From: an uncultured Gemmatimonadales bacterium
GTDB lineage: Bacteria > Gemmatimonadota > Gemmatimonadetes > Gemmatimonadales > GWC2-71-9
Assembly: GCA_963779755.1 (NCBI GenBank)
Contig: CAVZZO010000003.1
Location: 768,001-832,000 of the forward strand
Length of the DNA: 64,000 nucleotides
Reading direction: 5' to 3'
Shown: in pieces, positions 9,371-18,840 of the stretch
How the letters are laid out: each line of letters opens with the position of its first letter
How positions within the stretch are numbered: position 1 is the first letter of the stretch
Notes under the pieces: model-generated
Told to the model about the DNA's origin: nothing
The model's input: only the letters and a program-made list of their open reading frames with translations
Database searches by the model: none
Translations under genes and position numbers: made by a program

Positions 9371-10218
9371 CCCCACGCGCAATGAACGCCGCCGATCGCG
9401 GCGCCGGCCCCTACGTCTGGCGCTTCTCGGGATTCAACCGGGTGCTGCACGTCCTGGTGATCATCTCGTTTCTCGGCCTGGTGGCCACCGGTCTGCCGCT
9501 CCGGTTCTCCTATGCGGGATGGGCCCGCCCGTTGATGGCCGTCTTCGGCGGCCCGGTGGCCGCCGGCCTGATCCACCGCTTCTGCGCCATCATCACCTTC
9601 GGCTATTTCTTCGCCCATATCGGCAATCTGGCCTGGCGTTTTATCAAGGGACCCCACCGGATGCGGTTGCTCTGGGGCCCCGACTCCATGGTGCCCCAGG
9701 CCAAGGACGTCCGCGACGTGGTGCAGATGTTCAAGTGGTTCATCGGGCGCGGGTCCCGGCCGGACTTCGAGCGTTACAGCTACATGGAGAAGTTCGATTA
9801 CTGGGCGGTGTTCTGGGGCGTGGCCATCATCGGGACCTCGGGGCTCTTTCTCTGGTTCCCGACCTTCTTTGCGCATTTTCTGCCCGGCTGGGCCTTCAAC
9901 ATCGCCACCATCATCCATGGCGACGAGGCGCTGCTGGCCGCGAGCTTCATCTTCACCATCCACTTCTTCAACGTCCATTTCCGGCCGGAGAAGTTCCCTA
10001 TCGATACCGTGATCTTCACCGGCCGGGCCACGGCCGACTATATGAAGGAAGAGCACGGCCTCGAGTACGAGCGGGTGTCGGAAGCGGGCGCCCTGGAATC
10101 CCGGGTGGCGCCGCCCGCCTCGCGCGCAGCCTATCTCTGGTCGGTGGTCATGGGCTTCGCCGCCCTGGCGGTCGGCGTCTTCCTGATCGTCCTCGTGCTC
10201 TACGCCTTGCTCCGATGA
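9367..10218 (+). CDS. FdnI/HydC-type membrane cytochrome b (CbcL-like membrane half)
   Basis: RFSGFNRVLH...IHR...YFFAH...YSYMEKFDYWAVFWG...IIHGDEALLA...IHFFNVH; ATGA overlap with upstream gene. Confidence 0.9.
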   Translation: MTPRAMNAADRGAGPYVWRFSGFNRVLHVLVIISFLGLVATGLPLRFSYAGWARPLMAVFGGPVAAGLIHRFCAIITFGYFFAHIGNLAWRFIKGPHRMRLLWGPDSMVPQAKDVRDVVQMFKWFIGRGSRPDFERYSYMEKFDYWAVFWGVAIIGTSGLFLWFPTFFAHFLPGWAFNIATIIHGDEALLAASFIFTIHFFNVHFRPEKFPIDTVIFTGRATADYMKEEHGLEYERVSEAGALESRVAPPASRAAYLWSVVMGFAALAVGVFLIVLVLYALLR

Positions 10219-11747
10219 CCGCCATACATCGTCCGTCGACCGGCGCGGTACGGCTGGGCCGCCTGGCCGCCGCCCTGCTGCTGCTGGCGGCCGTCGCTCC
10301 CGCCGCCCGGGCCCAGGGATACCGGCTGCGGCTCGATTCCCGGCTTCAGGCGGTGTCCTTCCGGGGCATCACGATGGACAGTATCCCCGTCACCGACACC
10401 GTCACCGGCCCCACCGGCGGTCCGGTGTCGCCCGACGGCATCGAAGCCCACTGCTTTCAAGGCGTGGCTTATTGCACGGTGTTCCGGCCGGGCCCCGTCC
10501 GGCATACCGGCCCCTTCGTGACCAGCGCCGACCTCACGATGTGGGGCTTTGGCGTCCACGGCCTGAGTCTCCGGGTGAATACCCGCGTGGGCACCGACCT
10601 GGGCTCGGGCTCCTACTGGCCGGGCAACGATCCGGCGGTGCAGCTGGTGGAGGGCTATCTCGAGTACGCTGCCCCCCGCTATACCATCCGCGCCGGGCGT
10701 CAGATCCAGGCCGGACGGCTGGGCCTGACGGAATTCGACGGAGGCCGGGCCATCGTCCGCGATGCCAGCCATGGGCTGGAGGCCAGCGGTTATATCGGCC
10801 TGGGTCTGGGCCTGGGGTCGGTGCTGCCGGTGACGAGTCCGGCCCTCAATCCCCTGGACGAGTACCGGCCCAACCGCCGCCAACTGGTAGCCGGCGCCAC
10901 CCTGGGCTGGCACGGCGCCTGGGCCGATGTCGGGGCGGAATACCAGCGCGAGGTGGACCGGCGCTCCAAGTATTTCTGGTCCGAACGCGTGGCGCTCAAC
11001 GCCGACGTGCACCCGCTCCCCCGATGGTCGCTGGTGGGCGGCGCCGAATACAACATGGCCGAGGGCTGGCTGGGCAGCGCCGACGCCAGCCTGCGCTACA
11101 CCACTCGCGCGGTCACCGCGCTGGCGGGCTACCGGCGCTATCGCCCCTTCTTCGAACTGTGGACCATCTGGGGCGCGTTCAGTCCCGTGCCCTACAACGC
11201 CGTCGAAGGCGGCGTGTGGGTGACGCCGCTGCCCCAGCTCCGGCTGCGAGGCCACGCCGAGCAGTATTGGTTCGAGCAGAGCGACGCCTCGACCCCCCTC
11301 GTGACGGTCGAGGACAACGGCTGGCGCGTCTCTCTGGGCGGCACCTACACCTTCTCGCCCCAATGGAGCGTCGACGCCGGTTATCATGCGGAGTTCGGGC
11401 CCGGGGCCGCGTCCCGCGGCTACGACGCCGCCGTCACCTGGAACCCGACCGCGCTGCTCTCCCTCTCGGCCCATGGCGCCACCCTGGACCGCCCGCTGGA
11501 ATTCCGCTATGACGATGCGCGGGTGCGCTGGTACGGCGTGGAAGCCGAGGTGCGCCCCCAGGACCGCATCCGGCTCTCCGCCTCGGCCGACCGCTATGAG
11601 GAAAACCGGCGACGCCCCGATGCGGGCGGCATCGACTGGAACCAGTGGCGGCTGAGCGCCCGGATCTCGCTGTACTTCACCTCCAACGCCGACCAGCTGC
11701 CGCTGCCGCCCGCCGTGGGCCGCCGCCACAGGAGCCCGGGCCGATGA
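10215..11747 (+). CDS. Outer-membrane beta-barrel (porin of a porin-cytochrome pair)
   Basis: Signal peptide (A-R-A cleavage), alternating amphipathic strands rich in Y/W/G, ARISLYF near C-terminus; translationally coupled to a multiheme gene. Confidence 0.8.
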   Translation: MTAIHRPSTGAVRLGRLAAALLLLAAVAPAARAQGYRLRLDSRLQAVSFRGITMDSIPVTDTVTGPTGGPVSPDGIEAHCFQGVAYCTVFRPGPVRHTGPFVTSADLTMWGFGVHGLSLRVNTRVGTDLGSGSYWPGNDPAVQLVEGYLEYAAPRYTIRAGRQIQAGRLGLTEFDGGRAIVRDASHGLEASGYIGLGLGLGSVLPVTSPALNPLDEYRPNRRQLVAGATLGWHGAWADVGAEYQREVDRRSKYFWSERVALNADVHPLPRWSLVGGAEYNMAEGWLGSADASLRYTTRAVTALAGYRRYRPFFELWTIWGAFSPVPYNAVEGGVWVTPLPQLRLRGHAEQYWFEQSDASTPLVTVEDNGWRVSLGGTYTFSPQWSVDAGYHAEFGPGAASRGYDAAVTWNPTALLSLSAHGATLDRPLEFRYDDARVRWYGVEAEVRPQDRIRLSASADRYEENRRRPDAGGIDWNQWRLSARISLYFTSNADQLPLPPAVGRRHRSPGR

Positions 11748-13201
11748 GACTGCAACGTTCGGGATGGCTGCTGGCGGTGGTGCTGGGCTTCCTGCCTCTG
11801 GTGGCCACGCGGCCCGCTCCGCGCAGCCCGGATCACTTCGATCATGGCCGGCACGCACGACTGTTCCTCCAGTGCACCAGTTGCCACGCCGGCGCCGCCG
11901 ACAGCACGGCGTCGTTCTATCCCGCGCCCGAAAGCTGCGCCACCTGCCACGACGGAACGGTGCAGCGCACGGTAGACTGGCAGCCGCCGGCCGAGGCGCC
12001 GCGGCCCACCAATCTGCGCTTCACCCACGCGAGCCATGGCCGCCGGGCGGCACAGCACTACGGCCAGGATTCCTCCCTGGCCTGCATGACGTGCCATGCG
12101 CCGCAGGGCGCGGGCTGGATGCAGCAGGTTGAGCTGGCCGCCCTGCCCCGCTGCTTCGACTGCCACGGCGTGCAGGCGACCGCCCACCTGGCCGCGCCCG
12201 ACACGGCCTGCGCCACCTGTCACCTGCCGTTGCCGCAGGCGCAGGCCTTGACCCGGCAGGACGTGGCGAACTTCCCCAAGCCTCCCAGTCATGAACAGGA
12301 GGGCTTCGCGCTGGGCGGCCACGGCAAGCTGGCGGGACCCGTTTCGGGGCCGCGAGGCCAGTTCGAGGTTTCGCCGAGCTGCGCCACCTGCCATGCCCGC
12401 GACTTCTGCATTCGCTGCCATGTGAACGCGCCCGAGGTAAAGCAGATTCAGGCGCTCGCGCCCGATCCGCGGTCCCTGGCCCTCGAAGGGCAGTTGCAGG
12501 CGCCCCCCAGCCATCGGGCCGAGGGATTCGCGACCAGCCATGGCGGCCTGGCCCGCAAGAACATTCAGGCCTGCGCCACCTGCCACACCCGGGAGAGCTG
12601 CCTGGCCTGTCACCGGGGCCAGCTGCCGGTCTCCCAAGCCCTCTTCGAGGCGGGGCCGGGCCGGGGGCCGGGCGCGCAGGTCACCCGTCATCAGCCGCCG
12701 TCGCACGGCGCCGATTTCGCCGATACCCACGGACCGGTCGCGGCCGCCCAGCCGATGGTCTGCGCGACCTGCCATACCCGCGCGGAGTGCCTGGAATGTC
12801 ACCGGCCCACGTCGGCGACCAATCCCAACGAATACCATCCGCCCGCGTTTCTGACCCGGCACCCGGCGGCCGCCTACGCCCGGGAAACGGACTGCAACAC
12901 CTGCCACAATCAGCAGGCGTTCTGCACCGCCTGCCACGTGCGGGCCGGGCTCTACGCCAAGTCGCCGCTGCGGCAGGGCTTCCACGATGCCCAACCCGGT
13001 TTCCTGTTCGGACATGGACAGGCGGCACGGCAGAATCTGGAGAGCTGCACATCCTGCCATGTCGAGCGCGATTGTCTCACCTGCCACTCGGCACAGGGCG
13101 GCCGGCGGTTCAATCCGCATGGCGCCGATTTCGACGCCAAACGGCTCAAGCGGAAGAACCCGGAGATGTGCACAGTGTGCCACGGGCAGAACATTCCCTG
13201 A
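11744..13201 (+). CDS. Periplasmic 16-heme cytochrome c (c3/MtrA-like partner of the porin)
   Basis: Signal peptide; FDH..H and FTH..H motifs; 16 CxxCH. Confidence 0.92.
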   Translation: MRLQRSGWLLAVVLGFLPLVATRPAPRSPDHFDHGRHARLFLQCTSCHAGAADSTASFYPAPESCATCHDGTVQRTVDWQPPAEAPRPTNLRFTHASHGRRAAQHYGQDSSLACMTCHAPQGAGWMQQVELAALPRCFDCHGVQATAHLAAPDTACATCHLPLPQAQALTRQDVANFPKPPSHEQEGFALGGHGKLAGPVSGPRGQFEVSPSCATCHARDFCIRCHVNAPEVKQIQALAPDPRSLALEGQLQAPPSHRAEGFATSHGGLARKNIQACATCHTRESCLACHRGQLPVSQALFEAGPGRGPGAQVTRHQPPSHGADFADTHGPVAAAQPMVCATCHTRAECLECHRPTSATNPNEYHPPAFLTRHPAAAYARETDCNTCHNQQAFCTACHVRAGLYAKSPLRQGFHDAQPGFLFGHGQAARQNLESCTSCHVERDCLTCHSAQGGRRFNPHGADFDAKRLKRKNPEMCTVCHGQNIP

Positions 13202-13203
13202 GG

Positions 13204-13308
13204 GGAATCAGGAATCAGGAATCAGGAATCGGGAATCAGGAATCAGGAATCGGGAATCGGGAATCGGGAATCGGGAATCAGGATTCAGGATCCGGGGATC
13301 GGGGGTCG
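13204..13308 (+). repeat. Heptamer tandem repeat GGAATC(A/G)
   Basis: About 11 perfect and 4 degenerate units right after the operon stop codon. Confidence 0.95.
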
Positions 13309-13431
13309 CGATTGCGGCCCCTTCGTCGTTCCCGGCAATCCCGAGAGGCGGCGCGTTGAGCACACGATGCGGTTTCGGGATGCCGGAGGCCGGAGTAGGT
13401 TTCAGCCGGTTCTCACCTCCTTCAGGCGCAC

Positions 13432-14847
13432 ATGCCACAACTGGGCACAGCCGAATCTCCCTTGCGGGTCGCTATCGTCGGCGCCGGGCCGTCCGGTTTC
13501 TTTCTGGCCGAGAAGCTGCTCGGGCGCGACGATGCCGTGGTCCATGTCGACCTGTTCGAGCGCCTGCCGGCGCCCTACGGCCTGGTGCGCTTCGGCGTGG
13601 CGCCGGATCACGAGAAAATCCGCAACGTGACGCGGTCGTTCGACAAGGTGGCGGCCCGCCCGGGGTTCCGCTTCTTCGGCAATGTGGAAATCGGCTGCCA
13701 TCTCTCGCTGGACGATCTGCGCGGCTACTACCACCAGGTATGCTTCACCACCGGCGCCCAGACCGATCGGCAGATGGGCATTCCGGGAGAAGACCTGCCC
13801 GGGAGCCATGCCGCCACCGAGTTCGTCGCCTGGTACAACGGCCATCCCGACTACCGCGACCGGACGTTCGATCTCTCCGCCGAGCGTGTGGCGGTGGTGG
13901 GCGTCGGCAATGTGGCGGTGGATGTCGCCCGGATGCTCTGCCGGACGCCCGAAGAGCTGGCGGGCACCGATATCGCCGACTACGCGCTGGATGCTCTGGC
14001 AGAAAGCCGGGTGCGGGAGGTGTATCTCCTGGGCCGCCGCGGGCCGGCGCAGGCCGCGTTCACCAATGCCGAAGCGAAGGAGCTGGGCGAGTTGGCGGGG
14101 GCCGACATTCACGTCCTGCCGGAGGAGGCGGAGCTCGATCCCCTGAGCCACGCGGAGGTCGAGCGGGAGAATGATCGGCTCACCCGCAAGAAGGTGGAGA
14201 TCATCCAGGAGTTCGCCCATCGCCCCGAGGAGGGCAAGCTCCGGCGGCTCACCATCCGCTTTCTGGTCTCGCCGGTCGAGGTACTGGCGGGCGAGGCCGG
14301 ACGCGTGGCGGGCCTGCGGCTGGCCCGCAACCGGCTGGAACCCGGTGGAGGGGGCAGGCTGAAGCCGGTCCCCACCGGCGAGTACGAAGACTTGCCGGTG
14401 CAGCTGGTCTTTCGCTCGGTGGGCTATCGCGGCGTGAGGCTGGAGGGGCTGCCCTTCGACGAGCGCCGTGGCATTGTGCCCAATGAGCGGGGCCGGGTGA
14501 TCGACCCCGACGGAGGCGAACCCTTTCCGGGCGTGTATGTCAGCGGCTGGATCAAGCGGGGCCCGTCAGGCGTCATCGGCACCAACAAGCCCGATGCCGC
14601 GGAAACCGCCGAGGCGATGCTCCAGGATGCCGCGCGGGGGGCCGTCTGGCAGCCCGAAAGGCCGGAGCCCGATGCCGCGCTGGCCCATGTGCTGGGCTGC
14701 CAGCCGCACTGTGTGCGCTACGAGGACTGGCTCACGCTGAGCCGGCTGGAAGCGGAGCGGGGCAAGGCGCAGGGCCGGCCGCGGGTGAAGCTGACCAGCG
14801 TCGAGGAGGTGCTGGCTGAGCTGAAGAGGGGGCAGGAGGGGGCGTAA
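13432..14847 (+). CDS. fprA: Ferredoxin-NADP+ reductase, adrenodoxin-reductase/FprA family
   Basis: IVGAGPSG, PYGLVRFGVAPDH, FVAWYNGHPD, GVGNVAVDVAR, GWIKRGPSGVIGTN. Confidence 0.93.
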   Translation: MPQLGTAESPLRVAIVGAGPSGFFLAEKLLGRDDAVVHVDLFERLPAPYGLVRFGVAPDHEKIRNVTRSFDKVAARPGFRFFGNVEIGCHLSLDDLRGYYHQVCFTTGAQTDRQMGIPGEDLPGSHAATEFVAWYNGHPDYRDRTFDLSAERVAVVGVGNVAVDVARMLCRTPEELAGTDIADYALDALAESRVREVYLLGRRGPAQAAFTNAEAKELGELAGADIHVLPEEAELDPLSHAEVERENDRLTRKKVEIIQEFAHRPEEGKLRRLTIRFLVSPVEVLAGEAGRVAGLRLARNRLEPGGGGRLKPVPTGEYEDLPVQLVFRSVGYRGVRLEGLPFDERRGIVPNERGRVIDPDGGEPFPGVYVSGWIKRGPSGVIGTNKPDAAETAEAMLQDAARGAVWQPERPEPDAALAHVLGCQPHCVRYEDWLTLSRLEAERGKAQGRPRVKLTSVEEVLAELKRGQEGA

Positions 14848-14854
14848 GGGATGG
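14715..14854 (+). repeat. Left copy of direct repeat (fprA 3' end) shared with 30301-30435
   Basis: 14715-14813 matches 30301-30399 with 2 mismatches; weaker similarity continues past the stop codon. Confidence 0.9.
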
Positions 14855-15140
14855 GGCCCTGGTCCGCCGCATGTGGAATCTTGGCAGCGGTAGCCGCACT
14901 CGAATGCCCGTCCACCGGAATTGCGACAGCAGCTCCGGACCGCGCCTGGGCCCGGGGGATGACGGCTTGCTCCCCTGATCACGGCGCCCCTTGCGGATGG
15001 CTCGTCCGGACTGCATGCTCAGGGTGATCCTCGTCAGAACGCCTCCTCCCTCATGTCCCGATCCCTGAAATTGTCACAGGGGGCGTGGATGTTGGGGGAT
15101 GCGGACCACACGGACATTCACCCGGTGCAGGGGGACCAGC

Positions 15141-15971
15141 ATGAGCCACACCTTCGCCGTCAGGCCAACCGGCGAGCGGGAAGGCGCCCCGCGAGCGCGG
15201 ATGCTCCCAGGCACGGTGTTCGTGGGGCACCACGGCCCACCACTTGTCTTTCGCCTGCTTCGGGCGGGACGACCTCCGCTCCGCCTGGAGGATGCCGGCC
15301 AGGTGCTCGCGATCTGGCGCCGGGCGTTGCAGGCGCGGTCGGTGCAGCCGGTCCCGGAGATCATCTCGGGGCATCCGCCCGGGAGCACGCGGGCGGCGCC
15401 GCGGCCCAGCGCGCGGGCGCACCTCGCATTGCTGCCCTGGCCGCAAGCGGATGGCACCGGCCGCCTGATGCTGGGCGGCGTTGCCGCTTCTCTTCCCCGC
15501 AGCACCTCGGCCGAGGATCGCCGGCTGGCCAACCACGCACTGGCCGTCGTTCGCCGGCTCACGTTGGGCAGCCTCGGCGTCTGGGACCTGGAGCCCGTCG
15601 CGAGGGAAGATGGTGCCCAGTCAGGCAAAGGGCCTTCGCGCATCTGGACTACGCTGACGCCGTTCGTCTTTGGCCGCTATCCGCGGGACCCGTGGGGCGC
15701 GAAGGCCCAGACGATGGTAACTGAGGCATGCGGGATCGCCGGCCTGCCCGAGCCGGTGCGGGTGGAGACCGGCCGGCAAGCCTGGCTCCCCGGCGTGCCG
15801 CCGGCCTCCGGCTTTCCGCCGCTCTGGCACCGGCCGGGTCGGCCGCGGTCGTTTCATGTACACGTGCGGCTGGAGTTCGCTGAGCCGGTGGAGGGACCGG
15901 TGCTGGTGGGGGCGGGGCGGCATGGGGGGTATGGGGTGTTCGCCGACTACGATCGAAGGGTGATTCCATGA
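15141..15971 (+). CDS. csb2: Stand-alone C-terminal (Cas6-like) half of type I-G Csb2
   Basis: PEIISGH...HLALLP...SRIWTTLTPFVF...HVRLEFAEPVEGPVLVGAGRHGGYGVF (Gly-rich RAMP loop); no Cas5-like N-terminal half. Confidence 0.75.
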   Translation: MSHTFAVRPTGEREGAPRARMLPGTVFVGHHGPPLVFRLLRAGRPPLRLEDAGQVLAIWRRALQARSVQPVPEIISGHPPGSTRAAPRPSARAHLALLPWPQADGTGRLMLGGVAASLPRSTSAEDRRLANHALAVVRRLTLGSLGVWDLEPVAREDGAQSGKGPSRIWTTLTPFVFGRYPRDPWGAKAQTMVTEACGIAGLPEPVRVETGRQAWLPGVPPASGFPPLWHRPGRPRSFHVHVRLEFAEPVEGPVLVGAGRHGGYGVFADYDRRVIP

Positions 15972-16134
15972 AGGTGCCCGATCAGCTACTGGTGGCCGGG
16001 CAAGAGTCCGCTCGAGCGCGTGAGCACCTCCTCGAAACCGCGGCGAGGCTCGAGGTTGTCGCGCCGATTCAACGGATGTGGTTCGTCCCCAGGAGCGGTC
16101 CATGGTTGAGCTGGCTCCAGGTTGGGGCTGACGC

Positions 16135-18840
16135 ATGAATCAGTTAGGCTTTGATGAGCGCTTCGCCGAGCTGACCGGCCATCAGCCGCTCAGCTGGCAA
16201 CGGCGCCTGTACGAGGAATGGGCGACCAGCAATCACATTCGCGAAGCCATTGCACTGCCCACTGGCATGGGCAAGACGATGGTGATGGCGATCTGGCTGA
16301 TCGGCCGGGAAAATCACCCCGACAAGTTCCCCACGCGGCTCATCTATGTTGTCGATCGCCGCACCGTCGTGGATCAGGCGACCGATCTTGCGTGCAAGCT
16401 TCGATACAATTTCGGCGAGGACAAACTGGCCATCTCCACTCTCCGCGGCCAGCTGGCCGACAACCGCGAATGGTCTGCGGACCCCTCGCGCCCGGCGATC
16501 ATTATCGGCACCGTGGATCTCATCGGTTCGGCGCTGCTCTTCTCGGGCTACCGCTCCAGCTACAAACGCCGCCCGCTCGAAGCCGGTCTGCTCGGGCAGG
16601 ACTCGCTGCTGGTGCTGGATGAGGCACATCTGTCCAGACCGTTCGAGAAGCTCATCATCTCCATCTCCACTTTTCAGAAATCCAACCACAAGGCGATGCG
16701 TGCTATTCGCATGTCGGCGACGAATGGCGAACCTTCCGGCGGAGGGACGTTCAGGCTCGAAGACTCGGATCTGAAGGACGAGACCGTCAGCGAACGGTTT
16801 AACGCGAAGAAGCGATTGAAGCTCGTTGAGCCGGTGAACACAAAGGATGTCAAGAGTGCGCTCTTCAAAGAAGCCGTCGCGCTTGCCGGTGACACGGAGC
16901 GGCGGGGCAAACGCATCGTCGTCTTCGTTCGGAGACCCGACGACGCGCGTTGGATTGCCGCCGCGATTCGCAGACATGGGGCAAGAGTGAGCTCCCTTGC
17001 CCCATATGCGAACGCCGTCGAAGTTCTCACGGGTACGATACGCGGCTTCGAGCGCGACGGCCTTGTCGCGAAGCCTGTCTTCAAGGATCGCTGGCTCAAT
17101 GGCAATCTGGAGCCGGATGCTCCTGCCAACCAGAAACCCGTCTTCCTTATCTCCACCAGCGCTGGCGAAGTCGGGTTCGATCTCAACGCCGACCACTTGA
17201 TTGGCGACGCGGCACCGCTCGACTCATGGATTCAGCGGCTGGGGCGAGTCAATCGACGTGGCAAGGGTGACGCCACAGTCATTCTCGTCAAAGAAGAAGC
17301 ACCCGCCGACAAGACCGACTTCGACAAGGCCTGCATCGCCACATCCAACTTGCTCGCCGACGGAATGGATGTCAGCCCCAAGGCCCTGGCGGCATTCAAC
17401 CATGGTCTCACGCCCGAGCAGATCGACCAGGCATCGTCTCCCAAGCCAACGACGGTCGATCTCACCGACATCCTACTAGATGCCTGGAGCATGACCAGCA
17501 TCATCGAGCCGATCCCCGGCCGGCCGGTAGTTGGCCCGTGGCTGCGTGGCATCGACAGGGAGCAGGCACAGACGACGGTCGCATGGCGGACGGAGCTTGA
17601 ATCGTTTGGGGACGACTCGACGCCGGAAACGGCGCTACAAGCCATTTTCACCAAGCACGCCATTCGTCCCCACGAGGTATTGACGGTCAACACCGGATAT
17701 CTGCTCGAGTTCATCAAGCGGATTCCGAAGCTCAAGGACCGCCCTCACGATGTGATGTCAACGCGAGTCGCCATCCGGTTCCCACGCGGGCAGGTCGTGT
17801 GTCGCACGCTTCAGCAACTCAGTGACGACCCAGGCATCCTGTATGCGGACTCAACGCTCATCCTGCCCGCGCAGTTCGGGGGCCTCGACCATTCTGGGAT
17901 GCTCGATGCCGAAGCCATCCCGAAAACGCGAAAGGATGACGATCCCGAGCCACGCTCCTACGATGTCGCGGATCATAGCGGTTACGAGCACACCGATCAG
18001 GCTCGTGCCCGCCTGCGCATCTTCATTGGTCGATCCGACGATGGATCGTGGACGCCCAAGCCTCTTCCGGGCCTGACCCTTCCCGAAGACCTCACGCTCG
18101 AACCGAGCTATGCCACATCGACCGCGCTCTTCAATGATCTGAAAGACGTCAGCTTTCGCGTGCGCCTCGTGCGGCCTGTCACACTAGACGACGAAGGCGA
18201 TGCGCTTCAATCGCTAGTCGTGCTTGCTCCCGCACCGAGAAAGAAGGGCAAGGAAGACCAACTTCTGACCGATCACGTCGGCGCCGTGGAGTCAGAGGCA
18301 CTGAGAATCGCTGACGCGCTGCATTTGGCGAAGGACGAACCCAGTCGCATTGCGTCGCTGTTCGCCGCTAAGTGGCACGATGAAGGGAAGAAGGCCCGCA
18401 TCTGGCAGGTCTTCGCCAATAATCCCGATCCCGGCCGGCCGCCGCTGGGAAAGATGGCCCAATCCCGCGACCCGAAGTCGCTGCGCGGCTACCGTCACGA
18501 GTTCGGCTCGCTCCTGCGAATCCAGCATCCCGAACGCTGCGGGACGCCTGGCTGCGACCTATCCCTCGACTCCGACGCGCGCGAACTGGCCTTCCACCTG
18601 ATCGCCACACACCACGGTGCCGGGCGGCCTCACTTCGCGCCGGCTATCTACGATCCCTTCACTGACGCCGAGCGTGACTCCATCCACGGGGAATGCATCC
18701 GCCGGTTCGCGCGTCTCCAGCGCAAGTACGGCTGGTGGCACCTCGCCTGGCTGGAAAACCTCCTGCGCTGCGCCGACCAACTCGCCAGTGCGGATGAGGA
18801 AGTGACCGAGATCGACGAATCGGAAGCGGGCGAGCAATGA
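16135..18840 (+). CDS. cas3: Type I-G Cas3 helicase with C-terminal HD nuclease
   Basis: LPTGMGKT, RLIYVVDRRTVVDQ, LDEAH, MSAT, STSAGEVG, QRLGRVNRRG; C-terminal HDEGK, YRHEFGS, HLIATHHG, LRCAD. Confidence 0.95.
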   Translation: MNQLGFDERFAELTGHQPLSWQRRLYEEWATSNHIREAIALPTGMGKTMVMAIWLIGRENHPDKFPTRLIYVVDRRTVVDQATDLACKLRYNFGEDKLAISTLRGQLADNREWSADPSRPAIIIGTVDLIGSALLFSGYRSSYKRRPLEAGLLGQDSLLVLDEAHLSRPFEKLIISISTFQKSNHKAMRAIRMSATNGEPSGGGTFRLEDSDLKDETVSERFNAKKRLKLVEPVNTKDVKSALFKEAVALAGDTERRGKRIVVFVRRPDDARWIAAAIRRHGARVSSLAPYANAVEVLTGTIRGFERDGLVAKPVFKDRWLNGNLEPDAPANQKPVFLISTSAGEVGFDLNADHLIGDAAPLDSWIQRLGRVNRRGKGDATVILVKEEAPADKTDFDKACIATSNLLADGMDVSPKALAAFNHGLTPEQIDQASSPKPTTVDLTDILLDAWSMTSIIEPIPGRPVVGPWLRGIDREQAQTTVAWRTELESFGDDSTPETALQAIFTKHAIRPHEVLTVNTGYLLEFIKRIPKLKDRPHDVMSTRVAIRFPRGQVVCRTLQQLSDDPGILYADSTLILPAQFGGLDHSGMLDAEAIPKTRKDDDPEPRSYDVADHSGYEHTDQARARLRIFIGRSDDGSWTPKPLPGLTLPEDLTLEPSYATSTALFNDLKDVSFRVRLVRPVTLDDEGDALQSLVVLAPAPRKKGKEDQLLTDHVGAVESEALRIADALHLAKDEPSRIASLFAAKWHDEGKKARIWQVFANNPDPGRPPLGKMAQSRDPKSLRGYRHEFGSLLRIQHPERCGTPGCDLSLDSDARELAFHLIATHHGAGRPHFAPAIYDPFTDAERDSIHGECIRRFARLQRKYGWWHLAWLENLLRCADQLASADEEVTEIDESEAGEQ

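Noticed and set aside
2114..13183. Long antisense and alternate-frame ORFs (e.g. 2114-4828, 6181-8235, 6207-8108)
   Set aside because: Shadow ORFs typical of high-GC coding DNA; no motifs, and they overlap clear genes
12987..13438. ORFs with NQESGIRNRESGIG repeats (also RRTAVPPY near 43600)
   Set aside because: Translations of intergenic 7/8-mer repeats
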